A stretch of DNA of 64,000 nt from an uncultured Pseudomonadales bacterium (lineage in GTDB: Bacteria > Patescibacteriota > Microgenomatia > UBA1400 > MFAQ01), in assembly GCA_964439805.1 (NCBI GenBank), contig CAYTOI010000003.1:36844-100843 (forward strand), read 5' to 3'. The notes beneath the pieces are model-generated. The model saw only the letters and a list, made by a program, of their open reading frames with translations, did no database searches and was not told where the DNA came from. Positions 1 to 9,434 of this stretch are shown one piece after another (position 1 is the first letter of the stretch; each line of letters starts with the position of its first letter). A program made the position numbers and the translations under genes.

Positions 1-84
1 AACCACAGTGGGCCAGTTGCAGTCATTTACTGCAAGCAAATAACATTAAATGAACTTGAAGAGCGAAAAACCCACCTTGGAGTA

Positions 85-309
85 ATGGCGATCATGTCAG
101 CAGTAACATTTGCCGACATTTTCAACTGGATTGGAAACGCCAATGTCCATATCGAACCTACCACAGTAAGAGAATATGACGCTGGCGATCCAGAGCTGTA
201 TGAACTAGCAAAAGCGCTGATCTGTCACCACACAAAACTTGAGTGGGATGATGAGTTTCTGCGCAAAAAGTACCATGAAGGCGTAAAACAGTTTTTAAGT
301 AACATATAG
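85..309 (+). CDS. hypothetical protein (74 aa)
   Basis: Intact ORF followed by a hairpin plus T-run at 321-352. No recognisable motif. Confidence 0.3.
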   Translation: MAIMSAVTFADIFNWIGNANVHIEPTTVREYDAGDPELYELAKALICHHTKLEWDDEFLRKKYHEGVKQFLSNI

Positions 310-320
310 AATACCAAAGA

Positions 321-352
321 GAGTTCACAAAAGGGCTCTCTTTTTTTGTACC
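321..352 (+). terminator. rho-independent terminator
   Basis: agagag...ctctct stem followed by TTTTTTT, directly after the 85..309 ORF. Confidence 0.5.
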
Positions 353-374
353 AAAAAACAAGTAAAATAATTAC

Positions 375-662
375 ATGGATCAATACAGCCCAATTTACAT
401 AAACATTCCTTGCCCAACCACAGAAGAAGCTCAGAAAATCTGCACCGAGCTCCTTACCCAAGACCTTTGCGGCACGGCCAAAATCTACCCCAAAGTTGAA
501 CTCTTTTTCAAAAAAGATGATGTGGACTCAGAAATTGTTTGCATCATAAACCTCAAAACCACAAACATAAACCTCCCCAAAATTCACGAATACATTCTCA
601 AAAATCATAGCTGGGGCACACCTTGCATAGAGGTCTTACCATTACAATCCGATCTTTGTTAA
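375..662 (+). CDS. cutA: divalent-cation tolerance protein CutA family
   Basis: 95 aa with a CutA-like layout (..CVNI.. / Y.W.G... / ..LL.KT.. pattern: IYPKVELFF, CIINLKTT, WGTPCIEV). Confidence 0.55.
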   Translation: MDQYSPIYINIPCPTTEEAQKICTELLTQDLCGTAKIYPKVELFFKKDDVDSEIVCIINLKTTNINLPKIHEYILKNHSWGTPCIEVLPLQSDLC

Positions 663-667
663 AAAAT

Positions 668-1198
668 ATGCAAATAACCTTTGTCACTGGAAACAAAAAC
701 AAGTTTGAAGAAGCCATCCAAATTATCCCTGGTCTAACCCAAAAGAGCTTAGATTTGGTAGAAATACAAGAAATAGACTCCAAAAAAGTAATCGTGCACA
801 AGCTAGAAGAAGCCAGAAAAGTATTATCTGGAAACATAGTTGTAGAAGACAATGCCTTTTACCTTGAAGCCATAAACGGTCTTCCTGGTCCACTAATCAA
901 GTGGTTTCAAAAGACAATAGGCAATGAAGGACTCGTAAGCATTTGTGATTCCTTCAAAAACCATAAAGCAATAGCAAAAGTAACAATCGGTTTTAGCAAA
1001 GAGAATGGAGATATTGAGTTTTTTGAGGGTTCAATAGAAGGGGAGATTGTCAAACCCAGAGGCGAAAACGGCTTTGACTGGGATGCAATTTTCCAACCGA
1101 CAGGATACACCAAAACCTTTGGGGAAATGACTCGAGAAGAGAAAAACAGCATTAGTATGCGCAAAATCGCCTTCGAAAAACTAAAAAATTCACTCTAA
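668..1198 (+). CDS. rdgB: non-canonical purine NTP pyrophosphatase (RdgB/HAM1, ITPase)
   Basis: N-terminus ITFVTGNKNKFEE and FDWDAIFQP motifs typical of the Ham1/RdgB family. Start moved to the ATG at 668 (the ORF-track start at 623 is a TTG lying within the cutA 3' end). Confidence 0.85.
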   Translation: MQITFVTGNKNKFEEAIQIIPGLTQKSLDLVEIQEIDSKKVIVHKLEEARKVLSGNIVVEDNAFYLEAINGLPGPLIKWFQKTIGNEGLVSICDSFKNHKAIAKVTIGFSKENGDIEFFEGSIEGEIVKPRGENGFDWDAIFQPTGYTKTFGEMTREEKNSISMRKIAFEKLKNSL

Positions 1199-1210
1199 TA
1201 TAGGCACAAT

Positions 1211-1513
1211 TTGTGCTTAAATAAATCTTATAGTACAATATCTCAACCCAAAACCTTAACAGATTGGAGAAGAATATTGGCTAAAAAATATAAAGTTTTA
1301 CTATCTAGTAAGACAGAATTTGTTGACTACACAAAAACAGGCAGCGAAAGGTACGAGCCGACAATGCAAGCAGGTGAATACGTAGTAACTCTCATCCCCA
1401 ACCCAAGCAAGAAAAAAGGGGATTCAAACTGGCTTCTGTTTGAAGGCACCACAATTGGGGCTACAGTCGAGTACTTCAAGTTAAAGTGTGAATCTATAAC
1501 AAAAATTATATAA
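1211..1513 (+). CDS. hypothetical protein
   Basis: ORF only; start uncertain. Confidence 0.25.
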   Translation: MCLNKSYSTISQPKTLTDWRRILAKKYKVLLSSKTEFVDYTKTGSERYEPTMQAGEYVVTLIPNPSKKKGDSNWLLFEGTTIGATVEYFKLKCESITKII

Positions 1514-1525
1514 AAAGGATTACAA

Positions 1526-1717
1526 ATGCAAAATCAACCCATGAACCCTGTTTACCCAGTAGCAATAATCTTAATTGCGATCAACTATCTCATTGTTTGG
1601 CTCTGCACAAAATTGTCAAGTGAATATCACATTCCCGTGATCATTGCGCTGAGCTTTATCGAAACTACTATTGCAGCCCATTTCTTTTCCAAATTTTTCA
1701 CCTTTCGAAAAAAATAA
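1526..1717 (+). CDS. small hydrophobic protein (63 aa)
   Basis: Single predicted TM segment; followed by a strong terminator at 1729-1755. Confidence 0.3.
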   Translation: MQNQPMNPVYPVAIILIAINYLIVWLCTKLSSEYHIPVIIALSFIETTIAAHFFSKFFTFRKK

Positions 1718-1728
1718 AATATACCTCA

Positions 1729-1755
1729 AACCGCCCCTCATTGGGCGGTTTTTTG
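1729..1755 (+). terminator. rho-independent terminator
   Basis: ccgccc-ctcatt-gggcgg hairpin followed by TTTTTT. Confidence 0.65.
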
Positions 1756-1774
1756 ATGTTAGTTATAATCAAGT

Positions 1775-2350
1775 ATGGTTTTTACAAAAGACTGCTACTT
1801 CCAAGAAAAATTTACCGATCTCCAATTCGGCAAAGAAACAATCAAAGAAATTGAGTTTGAAGAATGCGAATTTGTAAATTGCAGCTTTTTGGAAACAGAA
1901 TTTAATAGGTGCCTAATACTGGACTGCGAATTTAGTAACTGCAACATTAGTGCTATTAATCTTAACAACAGCAATATTAATGATATTCACTTTAATAACT
2001 GTAAAGCAATCGGCATAGACTGGTCCAAAGCAGGCAAAATCCAAGGATTGTCCTTTACCGGCTCACAATTAAACTATTCAAACTTTAGTTTCCAAAAACT
2101 CCCAAGAACCAGTATTTTAAACTGCGAAGCCAAGGAATTAGATTTTAGCGAAACAGACCTCACAGAGAGTAACTTTACTAGCTCAAACCTAGAAAAAACA
2201 TTGTTCCACAAATCCAACCTCAATAGGTGCGACTTCCGAGAGGCAAAAAACTACTACATAAATCCCCAGACAAATACCCTCAAAAAAGCCAAGTTTAGCC
2301 AGCCAGAGGTCCTGAATCTGCTCTCTGGGCTCAATATAATCATAGAATAA
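1775..2350 (+). CDS. pentapeptide-repeat protein (Qnr/MfpA-like fold)
   Basis: Tandem A(D/N)LxX-type pentapeptides throughout (CEFVNCSFLETEFNRCLILDCEFSNCNISAINLNNSNINDIHFNNC...). Confidence 0.75.
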   Translation: MVFTKDCYFQEKFTDLQFGKETIKEIEFEECEFVNCSFLETEFNRCLILDCEFSNCNISAINLNNSNINDIHFNNCKAIGIDWSKAGKIQGLSFTGSQLNYSNFSFQKLPRTSILNCEAKELDFSETDLTESNFTSSNLEKTLFHKSNLNRCDFREAKNYYINPQTNTLKKAKFSQPEVLNLLSGLNIIIE

Positions 2351-2433
2351 ACCCCTTATCCAACCAAAATCGGCCTTTGGATGTAAAATAAGCCTAAGCA
2401 ACTTAACATTTTACATATACAAGTCAGGAGCCT

Positions 2434-3036
2434 TTGCGAATGGACAAAATCAAGGCATATCTTAACAGACTCAATTATTATGAAAAAAAGTATCTTACTG
2501 GTCTTACATTTTTGATTATCTATTCAATTGTAATAATCATATTTTTCCCAGATAAAAGCTCGTTTAAGTTTGGTGACTACATCTTGTTCAGAGGCAATCT
2601 ATTCTCTTTCCTAATTCTAATTCCAACAACCATAACCATAGCAGCATTATTAAAGAACATTACAAAAAGAACTTTTGTAACAAAAGAAGAGATACCAGAA
2701 AAAACAAAGGTATTTATCTCATTCGCTATTCTCGAAGAAATTGGCTTTAACTACTTAATGCTCTACTGCCTCACGGCCACGCTTAACCTGATTTTTAACG
2801 ATCACTTTCAAGTAGCAATAGAGGTAATGTCGGCGCTAATTATTGCAATGGTTTTTGCAACCCAGCACAGATGGGATCAAAATCAAAAACTATTTTCCTT
2901 TTTATACTTTACCGCAGCAGGGTTGCTACTAAGAATATTCTTCCTATGTTTTGGCCTTCTAGGTTCAATAGTTTTGCATTTTACCCACAATATGGCAGGA
3001 ACCTTAACTGATTATTACTTTCCGGAAAGTTTTTAA
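2434..3036 (+). CDS. CPBP-family (CAAX-type) intramembrane metalloprotease-like protein
   Basis: Multi-TM protein with EE-containing motif 1 (ILEEIGF), FxxxH (FATQH) and HxxxN (HFTHN) motifs. Confidence 0.5.
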   Translation: MRMDKIKAYLNRLNYYEKKYLTGLTFLIIYSIVIIIFFPDKSSFKFGDYILFRGNLFSFLILIPTTITIAALLKNITKRTFVTKEEIPEKTKVFISFAILEEIGFNYLMLYCLTATLNLIFNDHFQVAIEVMSALIIAMVFATQHRWDQNQKLFSFLYFTAAGLLLRIFFLCFGLLGSIVLHFTHNMAGTLTDYYFPESF

Positions 3037-3164
3037 TATTCCAAAAAAATCAGGGGACAAGCGAATAGGGGAGAGGGGTATAAGAAATACTTTTAACTAA
3101 ATACAACTTCAATACATAATGACCCATAGTATCTATAAAATAAATTAAAAGAAAGGAGGACGAT

Positions 3165-3419
3165 ATGAACAAAGAATCGGTACATAATATTTCCGTAAGC
3201 CTCATCAAGTCCGGTATTGAACCTCCAGGCATGTTCGAATCAGAACATGTTAAAGAATGTCGGGTACTTATAGATTTATTCAACCAAGATCCAAACAAAC
3301 CAGAAATCAAAATAAAAATTAAAGATATTCTTACGACTATGAACCTTAAACCTTCTGAGGCGGACATTCTTGCCGTCATGGCCGAAGTTAAGAAACTCTA
3401 TATCGACGACTATATGTAA
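3165..3419 (+). CDS. hypothetical protein (84 aa)
   Basis: Strong RBS AAGGAGGA 6 nt upstream; terminator immediately downstream. Confidence 0.45.
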   Translation: MNKESVHNISVSLIKSGIEPPGMFESEHVKECRVLIDLFNQDPNKPEIKIKIKDILTTMNLKPSEADILAVMAEVKKLYIDDYM

Positions 3420-3433
3420 AATTAAGACAAACA

Positions 3434-3458
3434 AGCCCTGCCATTGGCAGGGTTTTTT
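3434..3458 (+). terminator. rho-independent terminator
   Basis: ccctgcc-att-ggcaggg followed by TTTTTT. Confidence 0.65.
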
Positions 3459-3556
3459 AGTGTCCATACAATACCTCTAAAACGGCTTCTGGAAACTTTT
3501 GCGAGTACTTACTCATAAAGTATTTACATTGATATATCAACAAATACAAAACAAGA

Positions 3557-3621
3557 GTCATTGCGCGAAGCACAGTAGTGCTGAGTCCCGACTCACAGTC
3601 GGGAAGAATCTGTGGCAATCC
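3557..3621 (+). repeat. repeat family C copy 1 (GTCATTGCGCGA...hairpin...GCAATC)
   Basis: About 75% identical to 52888-52952; contains two hairpins (agcac-agt-agtgct and cccgact-cac-agtcggg). Confidence 0.5.
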
Positions 3622-4202
3622 AGAAATAAAACAGAAAAACATTCGGGTTTATATACAAATAAATAGAACCAGTAAATAGAAACCAAAAAGTAGAAGAAAA
3701 ACTCAAGAACCTTCCTTAAGAGAGTAACTAGCTACAAGTTTCGGGATTTTATCCGAAATGATCAGGAACAGAAAACTTATACTCCCCAGGCTCACTGGAT
3801 TGAGATACGTCGCAAAAGTATCATTGTGCGACATATAGGAAACCATTCTTCTCCGGTCTACACTAACTCCCCAAGTGGGGAACAGCAGAAGAAAAATAAA
3901 AATCTATAAATAATTTCAATTAAAACTGTGCTCAATACGCCTTCGGTCGAGCACAAAACAATTACCTTTACTTTGGAGAAAAGCCTAACCCCACTCCGAG
4001 CCTCTAGGCACGAATTTCTATATCACACTGTATCATTTACACTTATCCACAAATATCGTGAAAACAATTCTATTTCGTGAAAATTATAAGACACTCTGTG
4101 CCTAATGTTTATATTATAGGATATATACTATAGGTCTCTCCCCTTCCCCTCTTAGCCTCAACAAAAAATATTTTGTGCCTAATTGAATTATTTCAAGCTT
4201 GT

Positions 4203-5030
4203 TTAGCCTCCGGTCCAGGATGTAGTCAAAAATCCAATGATTACGATAATAAAGACCGTGGCCAGGTACTCCACTGCACTCTCCAAGTAGACTTTACTAG
4301 ACAGTCTCTGCTCCATCACGCCTAATAAGGCATAAAGAATTGATGTCAGCATTAGCCCACCCATAAAAGGCTTAACGGGCCAAAAGGCCAAGACTAGAGA
4401 AACAAGCCCCACTAGCCACCCTACAGTCAAAGAAAACCTTCCTATCTCCGCAACATAGTTATTCTTTAGGTCCACACTCCAAAACGAAGGAAAGCTCAAA
4501 ATAAATGACGTCGCAAAAGCTCCTAAAAATATCCAATAAAACGGTAGTTTTAGGCTCAAAATAGCTGTGAAAAAAAACAGGGATGTTACCAAGGTCAAAA
4601 TAAAGTTTACCGATCTTGCAGCCCTAAAAAGCTGAATAGTTCTAATTGATGCCACCGAAAATATATTTTCGATAAGCATTACACCATAAAGTCCAATCGC
4701 AAAGAAAATGTAATAGATAATTCTGAAGATACTGGCAAAGAGCATAGCAGACTCCACTTGAAATACTTTCCCAAAAATTCTAGGAATAGAGTTTGGCAAA
4801 AAGTTCGAAAATAACGCGCTCCCCAATGTAAACATTACCGGCAATACTAGTAATGTCAGCCACTCCATACCCTTCAAATCGTCAAAAAGAACCCAAACCG
4901 AGAGAATATATGCAAAAGCTGAAATACCGAGAGACAAACCAAATCGATACTCTACAGGTGCCAAACTTGATAGCCACAAAGAAAGTGCGACCAAAAAAGC
5001 AACTAATACAAATCTTGTTCTTTTATACAT
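4203..5030 (-). CDS. integral membrane protein, function unknown
   Basis: 275 aa with 7-8 hydrophobic segments. Confidence 0.45.
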   Translation of the reverse strand: MYKRTRFVLVAFLVALSLWLSSLAPVEYRFGLSLGISAFAYILSVWVLFDDLKGMEWLTLLVLPVMFTLGSALFSNFLPNSIPRIFGKVFQVESAMLFASIFRIIYYIFFAIGLYGVMLIENIFSVASIRTIQLFRAARSVNFILTLVTSLFFFTAILSLKLPFYWIFLGAFATSFILSFPSFWSVDLKNNYVAEIGRFSLTVGWLVGLVSLVLAFWPVKPFMGGLMLTSILYALLGVMEQRLSSKVYLESAVEYLATVFIIVIIGFLTTSWTGG

Positions 5031-5032
5031 TT

Positions 5033-5557
5033 TTAAGCCAAGTTGCTCCAGACATCCACCACATCATCCATGTCCAAAAGCAACTGAAATAGTTTTTCTA
5101 ACTGTTTTTTATCTTCGTCAGGTAAAGAAATAGTTGGTAATGGACTAATAGATTTCATATAAGAAACAGAGCCAGGTCCACCTAACTTAGCTGAATTTTT
5201 TTCGAGAACATTTTTTACTTCGCCTCCAGTGCGATTACGATTATCAGTAATAACAGTTACCAAAATTCCTACGCCACCCAAACCATACGCTTCATAGACA
5301 ATTTCTTCCGCCACGTCTCCCTCATTATTTCCCAAAGCTTTATCAATTGCTCTTTTAATGTTTTCCATCGGCATATTTACAGATCTAGCGTCTTCTACAC
5401 AAGCTCTCAAAAATGGATTGGCGTTAACATCGCCAGAACCACCATTTTGGACGGCTATACGGATCTTTTTTGCTATTTTTGTAAATACAGCGCTACGTTT
5501 GCTGTCTTCTATAGCTTTTTGGTGTTTTATGGTAGACCATTTTGAGTGCCCTGACAT
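5033..5557 (-). CDS. yebC: YebC/PmpR-family transcriptional regulator (short form)
   Basis: N-terminus MSGHSKWSTIKHQK and TDNRNRT motif; 174 aa, shorter than the canonical ~240 aa. Confidence 0.85.
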   Translation of the reverse strand: MSGHSKWSTIKHQKAIEDSKRSAVFTKIAKKIRIAVQNGGSGDVNANPFLRACVEDARSVNMPMENIKRAIDKALGNNEGDVAEEIVYEAYGLGGVGILVTVITDNRNRTGGEVKNVLEKNSAKLGGPGSVSYMKSISPLPTISLPDEDKKQLEKLFQLLLDMDDVVDVWSNLA

Positions 5558-5610
5558 GTTTCAAGTATATCATTGACATCTTTATCACAAAATTATATAT
5601 TCACTGCAGC

Positions 5611-6321
5611 ATGCAAAACGAATTAACTAAAGATTTGAATCAGGAAGCAATAAAAGCCGCCGTAGCCAACAACTGGCCACTAGCAATAGAACACAATTTA
5701 GCCATTTTGGAATCCGACCCACTAGACGTCGCCGCTCTTAACAGATTAGGTATTGCCTACTCCATGACACAGAAGAATTCTGAGGCGATGAAAACATTTC
5801 AAAAAGCTCTAGAGCTCGACTCACGCAACCAAATAGCCAAAAACAATATCAGCCGTTTAAAAATAAATAAGTCCTCTGGGCTTATGAACCGATCTCTTCA
5901 AAGCACCGTCAGTTTCATTGAGGAGCCAGGCAAATCAAAAGTCATTCCACTAGTAAGTCAAGGTGAGCCAAAAGTTTTCTCCGAAATTACCATTGGTGAA
6001 GAAGCAAATCTCGTTGCTAACAAGCACAAAATCAAAGTTGTTTCAGACAGCAAACAATTTATTGGTTACCTACCTGATAATATTGCCCACAGAATGATAG
6101 AACTACTCAATGCAGGCTACAAATACAAAACTACAATTAAGTCTGTAAATCCCAAGAGCCCCTGTGTCTTTATACAAGAAACTCACTCTAGTAAAAAACT
6201 CAAAGGTGCACCATCTTTCCCCTTGGACGACGCCGACCACTTGCCATCTTTATCCGCAGGAGACTCTAGCGAAACCCCTCCCTTGGAAATTTTCGACCCC
6301 ATGGCCGGAGAAGAAAACTAA
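5611..6321 (+). CDS. TPR-repeat protein
   Basis: TPR-like helices (AALNRLGIAYSMTQKNSEAMKTFQKALELD). Start chosen at the ATG (MQNELTKD) because the longer ORF would overlap yebC. Confidence 0.5.
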   Translation: MQNELTKDLNQEAIKAAVANNWPLAIEHNLAILESDPLDVAALNRLGIAYSMTQKNSEAMKTFQKALELDSRNQIAKNNISRLKINKSSGLMNRSLQSTVSFIEEPGKSKVIPLVSQGEPKVFSEITIGEEANLVANKHKIKVVSDSKQFIGYLPDNIAHRMIELLNAGYKYKTTIKSVNPKSPCVFIQETHSSKKLKGAPSFPLDDADHLPSLSAGDSSETPPLEIFDPMAGEEN

Positions 6322-6322
6322 G

Positions 6323-7183
6323 TTACAGAATCCAAACCTCCACTCCATCGCCACCCGCCTTTTTCTCTGCTTTGGTGGTAATATTTCTACACCCAGAATA
6401 ATTCGTAAGCAAATAATCTGTGTATTCATGTCCTCCAACAGACTTATATACGCACCCTGATCCGGAAAATTTTTCCCCTGTCCCTGCAGTAACTTCTACT
6501 ACTCTAAGCCCTGCAGACTCTAACTGGCGAGATAATAGTAGCCCTGCTCCATTTACATTAGTTAAGTTTCGCACTTTTACATTAGAATTTTCACCAAGCA
6601 ATGTATCAAAAACAAATTTATTTTTGGTCCATAAGTTTATGACACTATTTATTTCCATAAATTCTTTTCCATCTGGATCAGCCTTAATATCTAGTGCAGC
6701 GTCAGGAATTTCTACTTCAAAATATTTTTTTGAGCTTACACTATTTACCAAGTCTTTCCGAAAAGCTATCCTATCTCTGATACTCAAATCTGTTTGTAAA
6801 CTAATTTTATGAAGCACTCCTAACAAGTTCTCTGGGGTCGCTAAGCCCTTCACCTTAACCACTCTGGGTAACAAGACACCCAAAGTATTAGAAAGAGACT
6901 TACCCACTATTTGATAAGCATTGTGCTCCGACAAACCATACTTCCAAAGGGATAGTAAAGGATAGACTGCACTAGAGTTATAAATCCGCACCGATAGGTT
7001 TTGAGGCAGTCTCACCCAAGTCATCATCCCCTCTTGTGGCCGAATAAGAACAAGAGACACATCCAAGTCCCCTACAACAACGATATTAACCCCAAGCTTA
7101 CTAGAATATATTCCTTTCTTTGCAAAACCAGCTATCAAAAGAACCACAAAAACAGCCACAAATAAATATCCCAAACGTCTCAT
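6323..7183 (-). CDS. LytR_C / LCP-like cell-envelope protein with N-terminal membrane anchor
   Basis: N-terminal TM segment; C-terminal V.V.NG.G..GLA (VRNLTNVNGAGLLLSRQLESAGL) resembles the LytR C-terminal domain. Confidence 0.4.
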   Translation of the reverse strand: MRRLGYLFVAVFVVLLIAGFAKKGIYSSKLGVNIVVVGDLDVSLVLIRPQEGMMTWVRLPQNLSVRIYNSSAVYPLLSLWKYGLSEHNAYQIVGKSLSNTLGVLLPRVVKVKGLATPENLLGVLHKISLQTDLSIRDRIAFRKDLVNSVSSKKYFEVEIPDAALDIKADPDGKEFMEINSVINLWTKNKFVFDTLLGENSNVKVRNLTNVNGAGLLLSRQLESAGLRVVEVTAGTGEKFSGSGCVYKSVGGHEYTDYLLTNYSGCRNITTKAEKKAGGDGVEVWIL

Positions 7184-7201
7184 AAATCATTCTAACAAAA
7201 A

Positions 7202-7954
7202 TCAATCTACTTCCTTTAGTGTTTTCAACAAATACTCACAGTCCTCTGGCAGCGGTGCCTTTACTTCTACTTTTTCTCCAAACTCATCTTTAAAACTTAG
7301 ATAGTAAGCATGCAAAAAATGATGATATAGCAGATGTTTCTCTCTACTAAACTGCTTACCATTCAAATATTTTGCATCAGCAAAAATTGGCCAACCCAAA
7401 AAAGACAAATGAACTCGAATCTGATGAGTTCTGCCTGTTTTCAAACCTACGTCAAGTAATGACAAAGTATTTTTCCATTGCTCGTTTTCTGTGCCAAACT
7501 CAAAGTACTTCAATACTTTCCACATAGTTATAGCTTTCTTTCCATCAAACCGGACTTTCCATCTATCTCTATCAATGATGCTTCGTTTAAGTGGCAAAAT
7601 CACATCACCCTCTTTGGGGTCAACTCGTCCATGAACTAGAGCCAGATAAGATTTCGTAATTTTTCGATCTTTAAAAAGACCCAAAAAATACTTCATGGTG
7701 GTAGGATTCTTAGCAATAAGCAGACAACCACTAGTTTCTTTATCTAGTCTATGGCACACTCCACTTCTAGCTAAAAACAATTCATTATCTTGAGTTCTTG
7801 ATTCCTTGAGTTCTTGAGTTTTTAAATCATATCTACTCTCCACCCAGTCCTGTACCGTCCTGCCTTTTATCGAATCAGCTCTGTTAACCACCACCCCAAA
7901 GGGCTTATTAATTATCAAAAAGTTCTCATTCTCAAATAGTATTGGTAGATCCAT
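7202..7954 (-). CDS. RluA-family 23S rRNA pseudouridine synthase
   Basis: HRLDKETSG catalytic motif and GRTHQIRVH. Contains an in-frame family-A repeat insertion ([14 protein letters not shown]). Confidence 0.85.
   Translation of the reverse strand: MDLPILFENENFLIINKPFGVVVNRADSIKGRTVQDWVESRYDLKTQELKESRTQDNELFLARSGVCHRLDKETSGCLLIAKNPTTMKYFLGLFKDRKITKSYLALVHGRVDPKEGDVILPLKRSIIDRDRWKVRFDGKKAITMWKVLKYFEFGTENEQWKNTLSLLDVGLKTGRTHQIRVHLSFLGWPIFADAKYLNGKQFSREKHLLYHHFLHAYYLSFKDEFGEKVEVKAPLPEDCEYLLKTLKEVD
7788..7823. repeat. repeat family A copy, (GAGTTCTT)n octamer array, in frame inside rluA-family gene
   Basis: tcttgagttcttgattccttgagttcttgagttttt; 40 nt including flank identical to the copy in cysS at 39351-39390. 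Confidence 0.8.
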
Positions 7955-8360
7955 CTGGGCTTAGTATATACGACAATACCGAAAAGGTAATCAAAAGATC
8001 CGACAGATTCACCCACAGTCCTACAGTTTTGAAGATAATATAATCCCATACATCACCAAAAATAAGCCTAGGAAGTACGTTACCCAATGCCCCAAAAGCT
8101 AAAGCAATCAAAAATACGTTGACTCCCTTCCCCTTCCATACCAAAGAAAATATAAAACTCAAAAAAATAATTGCTGGCAAAACCAATACCCAAAAGTTCA
8201 AGTTCTGAGCAAAGCCAAAGGATATCCCTGAGTTTGCCAAGCCAAAATTTATTTTACGAAAGTGCGATTGTAGAAAAAAGTCCAGCAAAACAACTATCAC
8301 ACCGACCAACACAAACAGCGAACTAAAGCTGTCCTTTTTCTTTTTTGGATTCACATTCAA
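7932..8360 (-). CDS. lspA: lipoprotein signal peptidase II
   Basis: NSGISFGF and GALGNVLPRLIFGDVWDYI match the LspA conserved boxes; 4 TM segments. Confidence 0.7.
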   Translation of the reverse strand: MNVNPKKKKDSFSSLFVLVGVIVVLLDFFLQSHFRKINFGLANSGISFGFAQNLNFWVLVLPAIIFLSFIFSLVWKGKGVNVFLIALAFGALGNVLPRLIFGDVWDYIIFKTVGLWVNLSDLLITFSVLSYILSPDGSTNTI

Positions 8361-8709
8361 TACAGAACTCTGCTGTAGGAGTAATTGCCAATCTGTCAGT
8401 ATCTATCATCTTGTGACACGCTGTACAAATTCCATACTTACCCACCTTAATTCTAGCCAAAGTTTTTCGAATTGATATTATAGATCTACTTACCATTTTG
8501 CGCATCGCAAAGGCTCTATCGTGTTCTACGTTCTCTGCTACATCTGCATCAACAGAGTTATCATCATCTCGGTTACCAATTATAAAAGGATCAACTTTTT
8601 TTAGCTCTTTCTTTGAGTCTTTTAATTTTTTTTCTTCTCCTTTAAGAAATCGCACCAAAGGAGCTAACACTGTAGATGGGAAGCCTACTTTTTGATTCTT
8701 TTGTTCCAT
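8323..8709 (-). CDS. DksA/TraR-family C4 zinc-finger protein
   Basis: C-terminal CTACHKMIDTDRLAITPTAEFCIEC (CxxC...CxxC) typical of DksA/TraR. Confidence 0.65.
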   Translation of the reverse strand: MEQKNQKVGFPSTVLAPLVRFLKGEEKKLKDSKKELKKVDPFIIGNRDDDNSVDADVAENVEHDRAFAMRKMVSRSIISIRKTLARIKVGKYGICTACHKMIDTDRLAITPTAEFCIECESKKEKGQL

Positions 8710-9425
8710 ATATTTATGCTTTTTAAATCGTCTGCTAATAACCTACCTGACCTAATATACACCAAAACCATTCCTCCAATAAACAGTATAAACATTAAAA
8801 CTACATTAAAAGCCCCAAAACCTCGAAACAAAATATTCTCTAGTACAAAACTAGCTCCCAAAAACACCAAGGTGAAACCGGAAACAAAACCAGACTTTGC
8901 AAATGTCTTTGAACCTCTATACCAAGAAATATGCCTATATGTTTTCTCTAGCTGCCAAAACCACAAAAATCCCAAGAAATTTACCCCCGCAATTACCAAG
9001 TTCTGCCAGTAAAAATTAATAAAGTTAAGTCCTACCCAAAAAAACGCAGAACCTGATAGCACTCCCAGTGCAGCCAAATCATAATAATCAAAGTACTTTC
9101 CCTTTTTCTTTTTGACAATATAAAAAACTGCAAGAATTATACCTATAAGTGCTCCCCATCTCTCTATTCCAGGATAATTAACCAGTAAAAATATTCTGGA
9201 CCAATGACCAGCAAAGCTTTCCAAGTGAGTCAATACAAAGCTAATTCTTCCCAAAATAAAACTCCAAAACGCAGACAGAACAACAATATCCAGAGCCACA
9301 TTATCTTCAATATGAGACTCAATAGCTTTTTTATAAAAAACAAAACCACCCCACAAATAAACAAAAAACACCACCAGACCAAGCGTGTAGATCATAAAAT
9401 TTGATACTGCAATTGTCTCTCCCAT
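8685..9425 (-). CDS. polytopic membrane protein, possible prolipoprotein diacylglyceryl transferase-like
   Basis: 7 TM segments; weak resemblance to Lgt (GRISFVLTH, W..G...HW) and adjacency to lspA. Not secure. Confidence 0.3.
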   Translation of the reverse strand: MGETIAVSNFMIYTLGLVVFFVYLWGGFVFYKKAIESHIEDNVALDIVVLSAFWSFILGRISFVLTHLESFAGHWSRIFLLVNYPGIERWGALIGIILAVFYIVKKKKGKYFDYYDLAALGVLSGSAFFWVGLNFINFYWQNLVIAGVNFLGFLWFWQLEKTYRHISWYRGSKTFAKSGFVSGFTLVFLGASFVLENILFRGFGAFNVVLMFILFIGGMVLVYIRSGRLLADDLKSINIWNKRIKK

Positions 9426-9434
9426 AAGTCTCTA

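Noticed and set aside
3760-3960. Possible SRP/4.5S, tmRNA or RNase P RNA in the long spacer
   Set aside because: Searched by eye for the conserved SRP domain IV (GGAA tetraloop with AGCAGC strand), the tmRNA tRNA-like 3' end (TTCGA(T/C)TCC…CCA) and the RNase P P4 motif (AGGAAAGTCCGG). None was present, so the region is reported only as an unclassified structured interval.
6164-6460. 98-aa + strand ORF bridging the end of the TPR gene and the start of the LytR_C-like gene
   Set aside because: Overlaps two better-supported genes and has no RBS. Likely a chance ORF.
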